NCBI GenBank assembly: GCA_044344255.1
Contig: JBIJDH010000016.1
Span: 64,001-128,000 of the forward strand
Length of the DNA: 64,000 nucleotides
Direction: 5' to 3'
DNA from: Myxococcota bacterium
Lineage (GTDB): Bacteria; Myxococcota_A; UBA796; UBA2385
The notes beneath the pieces are model-generated. The model saw only the letters and a list, made by a program, of their open reading frames with translations. It was not told the DNA's origin and ran no database searches. The translations under genes were made by a program, and so were the position numbers. Within the stretch, counting starts at the first letter, position 1. Every line of letters begins with the position of its first letter. Below are positions 47,586-56,192 of the stretch, piece after piece.

Positions 47586-47977
47586 GACGGGTTAGAATCT
47601 GAGTCACAAGCGGGGTAAGACCCCCCAAGAGAGCACCGCCCACATCGCGCCACACCGCGCGGAGCCGTCGCCATCCTCCGGTGGCCACACCGCCTTCGGC
47701 CAGGAGCCAGCGGGGGCAGGACTCTCCAACTAACATCTCCAAGCCGCATTCCCGCCCCATGCGTGGCCCGCGTTCCGCGCTTCGACCTCCCCCGGGCGCC
47801 CGCTGCCACGCCATAAGCCTTGGTGCCCACCACGACGCGTTCTTCGTCGATGACGCGACTCGCCGCCTGCGCCGCGACACCTCGCGCCGTTACCTGGCCG
47901 CGGGCCCACGCGTCCTCGCTTGGGGTCGATCCTCCCCATCGGATAGGGGGTCGGCCCCCTTCCTCGGAGCGTCTCCC

Positions 47978-48643
47978 ATGTTCGGATCGACCCTACTGGC
48001 CCTCGTCCTCGGTGGCCTCGTGTGCGGGGTTCTTGGCGTGGTGGTGGTGGCCATCGTCGTGGGGTTGGTCGTCTCGATGCGTCGCCGCTCCAGGGTACAA
48101 GCCCGAATGATCGAGGCGATGTCGCAGGCCCAGGCGGGGGCACAGGCTCCGGCCCCGGCGGAGAGCCCGCAAGTCGCAGACCAGCGCGTCCCGCTGCGAC
48201 GCTTCGGGCAATGCGCGGTCTTCATCATCACGGGGGACCAGGACTATGGCTACTTCCCCGCCGCGGCCCCACAACGAATGTTGAGCGGCTCCTGGGGCAT
48301 CACCGATGAAGGCGGCGCCCGGGCCCAGATCGAGGCGATGCTCAAGGGTCCGTCCGGAGCCGGCGGGGTGGCCTTCGACCAGGTGCGCGCCATTCACCTC
48401 TCCCGAGCGGCGGCGGGGGCCCTGTTCATCACCCAGGACGAGAGCTGGGAGCACGTCGCCCAGGCCGCGCGCCGCTTGCAGGGTCGTTACCAGAGCTGGA
48501 ACGCGCTCGGCGACGCTTATCTTGAGGGCAAGAACCGCTGGCTCTCTGAGCGGAGCCTCGACACAAATGACGGAACCGAGGCGAAGGTGGAGCGATTGAG
48601 GCGAGAGGTCTGGCCGACCTTTCCGATAGACTCGCTGCTTTAA
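47978..48643 (+). CDS. membrane-anchored DUF1266-like protein
   Basis: N-terminal TM; SWGITD, AFDQVRA...ESW...RYQSW...YLEG. Confidence 0.7.
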   Translation: MFGSTLLALVLGGLVCGVLGVVVVAIVVGLVVSMRRRSRVQARMIEAMSQAQAGAQAPAPAESPQVADQRVPLRRFGQCAVFIITGDQDYGYFPAAAPQRMLSGSWGITDEGGARAQIEAMLKGPSGAGGVAFDQVRAIHLSRAAAGALFITQDESWEHVAQAARRLQGRYQSWNALGDAYLEGKNRWLSERSLDTNDGTEAKVERLRREVWPTFPIDSLL

Positions 48644-48737
48644 TCAGCTCCATCCGCCGTTCCGTTTCTCCCACTCCCTTGTTGGGACTCCACGGCGAGT
48701 CTGCAAGCGCTCCACCGCAGCCACCGCGCTCCCCGAG

Positions 48738-51485
48738 TCAGCCCCCGCCCTTCGGACCGCCGCGCCCCCGCCGCTCGCGGAGGATGGCCTCGGCCTGTCG
48801 GCGGAGCTCGGGGAAGCTGGGGCGCAGGTCGCGGTTGGCGAGGGCCTCTCCGGTCGCGCGGATGACGAGCTCCTCTCGGGGGCCCACGGGCGGGTCCTGC
48901 TGCTGGGCGTCGAGCCAGGCGGAGAGGTGGCCGCGGACGGGCACGCGGCTGCGGGAGACGGCGTCTTGCAGCAGGCGCCAGGTGCCGCCGGCGGGCTGGT
49001 AGCGCTGGGGCGCCTCGCCGCTGAGGCGGAGGACTGGCCCCCAGCCGAGGAAGGAGGGCTCGATCCGTCGCAGGTTCTGCGCGATCGACAGCCAGACCTC
49101 GTAGGTGGGCTGACCGAGGACCTGCGGGCGATGGAGGGTGAGCGCGAGGGCGGGCCAGGTCTCTCGCAGGGGCTCGTCGGCGGGCGGGAGGCGGGCGGGG
49201 ATGGAGGCGACGAATTCACCGGCGACCACGCTCGCCTCGAAGCCCTGGAGCTGGAGGTGGGCCACCCGGGAGCGGTGCGGCGCGGCCGGGAGCCCTGCGG
49301 GGCTCGGCGAGCTCTCGGCGCCGCCGCGGGCGACGGGGTCCCAGTCGAAGAGCTCGTCACAGAGCACGAGCAGCGCCGCGACGGGGTCGAGGACGCTGTC
49401 GATGACCTGCGTGGTGACGCCGTGCAGCAGCACCGCGCGGAGGGCCGGCAGCAGGATGTCCTTCGGGGTGTCGGGCACCTCGCGGGCCATTCGCGCGAGG
49501 TACCAGGCGCCGAGCAGCGCGTGGTCGGGCGCGCCCTCGGTCACCTGTCGGTCTATCCAGGACCGCATCTCGGCGTCGCGCGTGGGGTGGAGGAGCTCGT
49601 AGGGGTCGAGCTCCTCGGCGCAGCGGCGGGCCACGGAGCGGCCGGTAGCGCGGAGGGCCTGGTCGATCTCGGTGACCGTGGCCTCGACAGAGCGATCCCC
49701 GTGGATGAAGGGGGGCCCCGGCAGCCGATAGTGCGGAAACAGTCGCATGCCGACGTCGTGGAAGAGGGCGGTGAGCGCGAAGGTCTGTCGGAGCTGATAG
49801 ACCGCGTGCTCTCCTGGGGCGTGGCCGGTGCGGGAAGCCAGCGCCTCGGCGAGGGTCCTGGGCGCGTCCTCCGCCGTCTCTTCGCGGGGCGCAGCCTCCC
49901 AGCGCAGGCGGAGCTCCATCAGGAACTCGCCGACCATGTAGACGTCGAGCACGTGCTGGAGGTGCCCCGTGCTGAAGATGTGGCCCTCCGCGCCATCGGA
50001 GCGGCCGATCTCGTCGATGATGACGCCGAGGTCGAGCGCGCGCGGGAGGCCGACCATGACGGTGGCGTGGTGCTCCACGAGGGCAGACAGGGCCTGTCGG
50101 AGGGTGCTCTGCGGCTGAAGGAAGGCCCAGGGGAGGTCGGCGGGGCGGAGGGCGTCGCCGCGGGGGCCGCTCTCCAGCCAGCGGGTGTGGTCCTCCAGCC
50201 GCAGGCACTCGCGCAAGGCATAAGCGAGGTCGCCCTGGAGGCGCCGCTTCCCGCCGGCCCCGCGGACCAGCCCACCGGCGCTCGGGTGGAGGACGAGGCG
50301 GGAGACGAACCAGAGGCGGAGCCAGCTCCGGAGGCGCTCCCCGTCGGCGCACCAGGCCTCCACCAGCACCCGCGGCAGAGCGTGAGCGGTCTCGGCGCGG
50401 GCGAGCGCCCAGGCGTGCTCCGCGGCCTCGGCGTCGGCGCGGCCCTCGGCGGCGCGCTGGACCCATTGGTGGGTCTGGGTCCAGCGGGCGAGCAGGGACA
50501 GGCGGCCAGCTCCCTCGTCTATCCCTGTCGGTTCGAGCTCTCCCACCGCGGCCTGGAGCATCCGGGAGAGCTCGAGGGGGAGGTAGGAGACGCCGACCCC
50601 GTCGGTCTCCCGCGCCGCCTCGGCGTACGCGCGCACGGCCTGTCGGGCGGCGCGCACCTCCTCGACCTCGCGGTCCTCTCGGCCGGTGCCATAGACGAGG
50701 TTCAGCACCCATCGGGTGAGCACGTCGAGGATCACCCGCAGCTCTCCCGCGATCACGCTGTGCCCCTCTCGGGTGGCTTGCTGCTCGAGGGTCACCGCCC
50801 GCTCGAAGAGCGCGCGGGCCTCGTCGACGAGGCGGGCGAGGCGGGGCTCCATCTCCCGCCGCTCCTCGACGGGGCGCTGGGCCTCGCTCGTGAGGGCGCG
50901 CACCTCTCCTTCGAGCTCCGCCTTGGAGCGCGCGGCCGCGACGCGCCGCCCGCGGACGTCCTGTCGGACGTGGCCCTTGGTGAGCTGGAAGATCTGCTTC
51001 CAGCCAGTCCGATAGGACTGGACCATGCTCGCGAGGTGGGTGTATCGCACCTCGTCGGCCTCCTTCGGCTCGCCGAGCTGGAGGATGAGCAGGTCTTTCC
51101 CTTGTCTGTCTACTTCCCCGTAGATCACGACGAGCGAGCTCTGTCCCTCGGGGCTGAGCGTCACCCTGCCATCGAAGTAGCCGCCGCCCTGGGAGAGGCG
51201 GTCGAGGATGGTGTCGAGCGTCTCCTCCAAGGGCGGCAGGGCGTTGGGCTCGGGGTTGTGGGCCTCGTCGCGGAGGTGGACGCCGCGCTCCACCCGCCCG
51301 TAGGGGCCGCTCTCGTGGCGCCAGAGCACGCGGACCGCGCGGGCGGTGAAGACGCGGCTGACCGCCATCGCGAGGTGGTGCTCGACGCTGTCTTCCTCTC
51401 CCTCGGCGGCGTTCCCCGCCTCGGAGAGGCGCTTGACGACGTGGCCGGTGAGGAGGGCGAGGGTCTCCTCGGCGGGCTCGCTCAT
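48738..51485 (-). CDS. large HD-domain (metal-dependent phosphohydrolase-like) protein
   Basis: GHLQHVLDVYMVG, ALFHDVG, DHALLGA, LLHG, LLVLCDEL; ATGA overlap with the receiver gene. Confidence 0.7.
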   Translation of the reverse strand: MSEPAEETLALLTGHVVKRLSEAGNAAEGEEDSVEHHLAMAVSRVFTARAVRVLWRHESGPYGRVERGVHLRDEAHNPEPNALPPLEETLDTILDRLSQGGGYFDGRVTLSPEGQSSLVVIYGEVDRQGKDLLILQLGEPKEADEVRYTHLASMVQSYRTGWKQIFQLTKGHVRQDVRGRRVAAARSKAELEGEVRALTSEAQRPVEERREMEPRLARLVDEARALFERAVTLEQQATREGHSVIAGELRVILDVLTRWVLNLVYGTGREDREVEEVRAARQAVRAYAEAARETDGVGVSYLPLELSRMLQAAVGELEPTGIDEGAGRLSLLARWTQTHQWVQRAAEGRADAEAAEHAWALARAETAHALPRVLVEAWCADGERLRSWLRLWFVSRLVLHPSAGGLVRGAGGKRRLQGDLAYALRECLRLEDHTRWLESGPRGDALRPADLPWAFLQPQSTLRQALSALVEHHATVMVGLPRALDLGVIIDEIGRSDGAEGHIFSTGHLQHVLDVYMVGEFLMELRLRWEAAPREETAEDAPRTLAEALASRTGHAPGEHAVYQLRQTFALTALFHDVGMRLFPHYRLPGPPFIHGDRSVEATVTEIDQALRATGRSVARRCAEELDPYELLHPTRDAEMRSWIDRQVTEGAPDHALLGAWYLARMAREVPDTPKDILLPALRAVLLHGVTTQVIDSVLDPVAALLVLCDELFDWDPVARGGAESSPSPAGLPAAPHRSRVAHLQLQGFEASVVAGEFVASIPARLPPADEPLRETWPALALTLHRPQVLGQPTYEVWLSIAQNLRRIEPSFLGWGPVLRLSGEAPQRYQPAGGTWRLLQDAVSRSRVPVRGHLSAWLDAQQQDPPVGPREELVIRATGEALANRDLRPSFPELRRQAEAILRERRGRGGPKGGG

Positions 51486-52003
51486 GGCGTGGGCCCCCCG
51501 CGGCGGTCGACCGCGTGCCGGGCCCGCTCGAGGAAGTCGGTGAGGTCTGTGAGGGCGACCGGCTTCTCCACCAGCCGCTGGTCGGCGTCCGCGTCGCTGG
51601 CGCGCCGGATGGCCTGTTCGACCAGCGTGTCGAAGTAACCAGAGACGATCGCCACGGGCAACACCCGGTTCTCCGGCAGGGGCGGCGTGGAGAAGAAGGG
51701 CTGTGACAGGGCGTTGTCGGCGAAGGGCATCTGTGGCGGCGGCTCACCCCTGCGCAGCCACCACAGCAGCGTGGCCCCGCCCCACACCCGCGGCTGGGGC
51801 TCATTCGTGACGCCGCTGCCCTTTCGGTAGGGGAACATCTGATCGAGGAGCATCGCGTCGAAGCGGCGCGCCGAGAGCAGGCCGGCGGCCTCGGTGATGT
51901 CACGGGCCCAGGTCACCGCCCAGCCGCGGCGGCGGAGCTCCTCGATCTCGTAGCTGAAGCGGTCCGAGCCGTCGTCGTCGGCCCAGAGGAGCTGCTCAGG
52001 CAT
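51482..52003 (-). CDS. stand-alone response regulator receiver with internal insertion
   Basis: LLWADDD, LLDQMFP (phosphoacceptor Asp), IVSG, EKPV. Confidence 0.75.
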   Translation of the reverse strand: MPEQLLWADDDGSDRFSYEIEELRRRGWAVTWARDITEAAGLLSARRFDAMLLDQMFPYRKGSGVTNEPQPRVWGGATLLWWLRRGEPPPQMPFADNALSQPFFSTPPLPENRVLPVAIVSGYFDTLVEQAIRRASDADADQRLVEKPVALTDLTDFLERARHAVDRRGGPTP

Positions 52004-55000
52004 GACGCGCCTTCCATCCGTGAGGGAGGGTGAGGGTGAAGGTGACCTTGTAGGGGGTGCGGTCATCGGGTGCGCCCGGGCGGTGCGACGCGATCTCGCA
52101 GGTGTGAGAGAGCGTGCCGCCGTGCGCCAGGGCGATGGCGCGGGACAGGAAGAGGCCGATTCCCTCTCCGGGGATGGCCCGCACGGGATCACGGCGGTCG
52201 ACCCGCTGTCCGGGCTCGTAGATGGCCTCGGCGGACTCATTCGGGATCTCGGCGCCGATGTCAGTCACCCGGATGCGCGCGGCGCGCTCGTTGTTACGGA
52301 CGTCGACCGTGACCTCGCGATGGTGGAAGGCGTACTTCCGCGCGTTGTCGAGCAGGTTGGAGAGGGCGAGGTCGATCATCGGGCCGTCAAAGCGGAAGGT
52401 GAGGTCACCTGGCGGCACATCGACGCTGACCTCGATGCCGCGGGTGTGGAAGGCCTCTCGGTATCGGTCTACGCAGCGCAAGACGAGCTTGCGGAGCGAC
52501 TCGTCTCTCGGGCGTACGTCGAGGGTCCGGCTCTGTCGGAGCGTGGCGTAAGAGCGCTGCGTGTCCCGCCAGAGGCGCAAGATCTCGGTCTCCTCGGCGA
52601 TGCGCCCGACGAGCTTCGGCACCTCGACGTTCTTGAGCTCACTCGACGACATGATCTGAGCGAGGCGCTTCGCGCTGGAGGTGAGGCCCTGGACCGGCCC
52701 GAGCACGGCGTGTCGAAAGAGGCCCTCTTGAAAGCGAGCCTCATCCGCGATGATCTCGCTGTGCAGGAGGATGCTCACCTCGCGGGCCGCCTCCTGGACG
52801 GTGCCGTGGTCGAGCGGACGGAAGGGGTGCCCGTCGAGCACGAAGAGGTGGCCGCCGAGCTGGGGCCGGCCGTGGAGGCGGAGCGGCATCCCGAGCCCTG
52901 CGGGGGAGGGTCTATCCGGGAGGTGCGCGCCGACGTCCCACTCCACCACCTGGCCCTTCTGCGCCTGAGAGAGCGCGTAGAGGCGGTCGAGCGCGGGGAG
53001 GGCGGCCGGGGCGCGGAGCAGGGCCTGGCCGTCATGGGTGGTGGCGATGAGGGCCACCGTGGCCCCCGGCCGGCGCAGATACCGGCGGACCCAGGGCTGG
53101 AGGTCGCGGATCGTGGCCTCGCCGAGCTCGGCGCCGGTGAAGCCGGTGAGCCCGTGGGAGATCTGGTTGAGCGCGTCCTGGAGGCGCTGGCGGAGCACCC
53201 GCGCCGCCTCCGAGGCCGCCCGGCGGGCCACGGCCTCGACGAGGCGCGCGTGCTCCTCGGTGAGGAAGGGGCCGTTCGTGGGGGTGACCACCTTGAGGAC
53301 GCCGAGGCTGTGGCCCTGGTGGAGGAGGGGGGTGGTGAGGACGGACCGGACGGGGTGGGTCCAGCCTGCGCGCCGCCGCAGCGCCTCGAGCCCCTCGTGG
53401 TTGAGCTGGCGGGTGAGGGGGTCGCGGCTGTCGGAGGCGTCGATGATGCGCAGCGACTCCCCGCGCTCCATCGCCGCGCGAGAGAGGCCGGGAGAGCCCG
53501 GGAGCGGGCTCAGCGTCGCCCGCTGGGTCGCAGGGGCCCAGGCGGTGATGGTGAGATCGTCTCGGTCGCCAAAGTAGACGATGACCACGCTGGTGCCGAC
53601 GGCGTCCTGCAGGCGCTCGGCGGCTGTCTCCAACACCTCCTCTGGGCTGCCGCCGCGGGCCGCGACCTCGCCCACCGTGTCGACCGCCCACTGGATGAAG
53701 GAGCCGAGGTGATTGGGGAGCAGGCTCCCCGAGTAGGTGATGAAAGACTGGACGTAACGGTCCCGAAAGGCGCCGGAGAAGGTGTGACCGAGGCCGCGCA
53801 CCCCCTCCGGGCAGAGGGTGAGGATCACGCCCCGAACGGGATCTCCGGGGCGATCCCTCAGCCAGCCGCTGAGGGTGGGCACGAGGGCGCCGCGGGCGCT
53901 GGGGGCCCCGTCGGGGCCGCCGTAGGCCCGGTCGGGCAGGGTGGGCGGGGAGGTGGGCTGGTCGCCGAGGAAGGCGTCGAGGATGGCCTGTCCCCAGCCC
54001 GCCGGGTCGGACCCGGCCTCGACGTTGAGCTGGCGGGCCCAGGCGATGTCGCGGTTCTCGGGGAGGCTGCGAGACCAGGAGGCCCGATAGAGGAAGTGGC
54101 CCACCCGCTCCTGATCATGATGGAGCGTGATGGCGTGGTGACAGGCGGAGAGGGAGATGACCGCCTCGAGCACGTCGTGCAGGGCGTCCATCGGCCGGCG
54201 GTCGGCGCTCAGCTTGCGGGCGAGGGCCCCCATCGCGCGGTTCTCGGCCTCGATGTGGTGCAGCGCCATCACCCGCACGCAGGCCGCGGAGACGTGGTCG
54301 GCGAAGAGGCGCAGCGAGTCGATGTCGAAGGTGGTGTCGAAGCCCTCTCCCGCCCGTCGCCACACGGCGAGCACCCCGGCCGCCCGCCCCTCGTGGTGGA
54401 GGGGCACGAAGATCTGGTGCCGCTCGTCGTCGGGGACAGGCTCCTCCCAATACTGGCCGGAGGGGCGAACCTGGAGGGGCAGCCACTGGCCTTGGTCTCC
54501 CACCCAGGTGGGGTCAGGGTCGCCGGGGTGGTTCGGGTGGCGGGCGATGGCCCAGTGATCGTGGGCCAGCACCCAGTCGGCGAGGCCCTTCTGGGCGTCG
54601 AGCGGGAGCACCCGGCTCTCCTTTCGCCCCATCCCCGTCCGATAGACCTGCTGGATCCCGGGCTCGCCGTCGCGCGAGGTGCGGAGGAAGACCTTGGCGC
54701 CGTCGGCGGAGAGCTGCCGGGCGATGACCTGGGCCACCTGCTCGAGGGCCTCCCGCGGATCGGCGGCGCGGGCCAGGGTGGCGCTGATCTGGACCACCGC
54801 CTCGCTGTCGGAGGCCCGGCGGGCGAGCTGGATGGCGAGGCGGAGGTCATCGGACAGGCGCCCCACATCGTGGACGCCGTCCTCGGAGGCGGGGGCGCTG
54901 TCGAAGGTGGCCATCACCCAGGCGATGGCGCGGATGGGCTCGTTGGTGTGCAAGGGAGCCCGGGGCACCACGCGGGTGATCACGGCGGTGAGCCCCTCGA

Positions 55001-56186
55001 TGAGGTCGCTCAGCACGCGCTCGCCGCCGCCTTCGGTGGTCCAGCCCTCGTCCATGACGGCGGGGAGCTGGGGGGGCGGCCGAGGCGCGTGTTCGGTGAT
55101 CCCCGTCCAGCTTGGCTCGGTCTCGCCGGGGACACAGAGGCCGACCCACAGATCGACGAGGCCGGGGCTGCGGGCATAGAGCTGGATGCTCTGTGTCAAG
55201 AAGGGAGACAGCGCCGCCTGGAGCCCCCGAGGCTGTCGGCTCGCCTCGGGGAGCCGAGAGAAGTCCATCAGGGCCTCGATCGTGGCGCGGTGCTCGGCCT
55301 CGATCCGATGCCGGTCCGGGCGGCGGGCCCAGGCCGCCCCGGCCACCCGGGCCAGGGCGGCGAGCTCATCGAGCTCGGGGGCGGTGGGGAGGAAGGGCTC
55401 CCGCCAATAGAGGTTGAGGACCGCGGGCTCCTCGGCGGTGCCCGAATGACCGAAGGCAACCGGGATGGACAGGGCCCCCCGATAGAGCTGACCCATGGGA
55501 TAGGGTGTGATCGAGGGCGCCCGCCGCCCGTCGGGGACCACCACCGTCTCCGCCCGCTCGATCGTGAGCCTCGACAGGTTCGCCGGCGGGTTCCATTCGT
55601 GGGCCGTGGGGTCCCAGCGCTGGGGCCGGATCCCGCGCTCTCCGGGCACGAGGACCAGAAACTCCGTGTCGTCCTGAGGGAGCAGCGCCGCGAGGCTGAG
55701 ATCGGCCCCCAGCAGCTCCTGGGCGACTCGGGCCACCTGGAGGAGCACAGACTCTGGAGACTGACCGAGAGACTGCTGCACCCCGAGCTGGGCGGCGCGC
55801 GAGGGGCGGAGAGGCTCCTCGGCGAGGCGCCGGAGGGCCTCGGCGATCGGGGGGAGCATCCAGGCGTCGAAGGGGCGGCGCCACCAGGACAGGCCGCCGC
55901 ACTGCCGGATCAGGGCGCCGATGCCGGTGGGCGGTGGATCCTCCCCGACGAGCACCGTGCTCGCGCGGGTCACGGCGGCGCCCATCCCCTGGAGCAGGGA
56001 GACCCCCTCCGCCCAGCGCTCCCCCACCCAGACGAAGACCCCCTGGTGAATGCCCACCCGGTCCCGCAGCACGAGCGAGAGGTCAATGTCATCGACCCGC
56101 CAGGCGGCGGAGAGGAGGGCGTGGTGGACCTCCGGCGGCGGCGTGGCCCCTGGGAGCGCGGTCAGTCGGGCGATGGGGATCTTCAT
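51996..56186 (-). CDS. cytoplasmic multi-GAF sensor histidine kinase
   Basis: H-box FRHAVLGPVQGL, N-box LSNLLDNARKY, VTDIG, GEGIGL; several GAF-like segments (LSIPV..VLNL, VPL..GVLAV, TPL..GVLKV). Confidence 0.85.
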   Translation of the reverse strand: MKIPIARLTALPGATPPPEVHHALLSAAWRVDDIDLSLVLRDRVGIHQGVFVWVGERWAEGVSLLQGMGAAVTRASTVLVGEDPPPTGIGALIRQCGGLSWWRRPFDAWMLPPIAEALRRLAEEPLRPSRAAQLGVQQSLGQSPESVLLQVARVAQELLGADLSLAALLPQDDTEFLVLVPGERGIRPQRWDPTAHEWNPPANLSRLTIERAETVVVPDGRRAPSITPYPMGQLYRGALSIPVAFGHSGTAEEPAVLNLYWREPFLPTAPELDELAALARVAGAAWARRPDRHRIEAEHRATIEALMDFSRLPEASRQPRGLQAALSPFLTQSIQLYARSPGLVDLWVGLCVPGETEPSWTGITEHAPRPPPQLPAVMDEGWTTEGGGERVLSDLIEGLTAVITRVVPRAPLHTNEPIRAIAWVMATFDSAPASEDGVHDVGRLSDDLRLAIQLARRASDSEAVVQISATLARAADPREALEQVAQVIARQLSADGAKVFLRTSRDGEPGIQQVYRTGMGRKESRVLPLDAQKGLADWVLAHDHWAIARHPNHPGDPDPTWVGDQGQWLPLQVRPSGQYWEEPVPDDERHQIFVPLHHEGRAAGVLAVWRRAGEGFDTTFDIDSLRLFADHVSAACVRVMALHHIEAENRAMGALARKLSADRRPMDALHDVLEAVISLSACHHAITLHHDQERVGHFLYRASWSRSLPENRDIAWARQLNVEAGSDPAGWGQAILDAFLGDQPTSPPTLPDRAYGGPDGAPSARGALVPTLSGWLRDRPGDPVRGVILTLCPEGVRGLGHTFSGAFRDRYVQSFITYSGSLLPNHLGSFIQWAVDTVGEVAARGGSPEEVLETAAERLQDAVGTSVVIVYFGDRDDLTITAWAPATQRATLSPLPGSPGLSRAAMERGESLRIIDASDSRDPLTRQLNHEGLEALRRRAGWTHPVRSVLTTPLLHQGHSLGVLKVVTPTNGPFLTEEHARLVEAVARRAASEAARVLRQRLQDALNQISHGLTGFTGAELGEATIRDLQPWVRRYLRRPGATVALIATTHDGQALLRAPAALPALDRLYALSQAQKGQVVEWDVGAHLPDRPSPAGLGMPLRLHGRPQLGGHLFVLDGHPFRPLDHGTVQEAAREVSILLHSEIIADEARFQEGLFRHAVLGPVQGLTSSAKRLAQIMSSSELKNVEVPKLVGRIAEETEILRLWRDTQRSYATLRQSRTLDVRPRDESLRKLVLRCVDRYREAFHTRGIEVSVDVPPGDLTFRFDGPMIDLALSNLLDNARKYAFHHREVTVDVRNNERAARIRVTDIGAEIPNESAEAIYEPGQRVDRRDPVRAIPGEGIGLFLSRAIALAHGGTLSHTCEIASHRPGAPDDRTPYKVTFTLTLPHGWKARHA

Positions 56187-56192
56187 TCGGGT

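Noticed and set aside
47586..47977. Partial CRISPR-like strings (CAAGCGGGGTAAGACC, GCCAGCGGGG) and the N-terminal extension of ORF 47681
   Set aside because: No matching 5' stem halves; the extension is low-complexity and the TM-bearing protein starts better at ATG 47978
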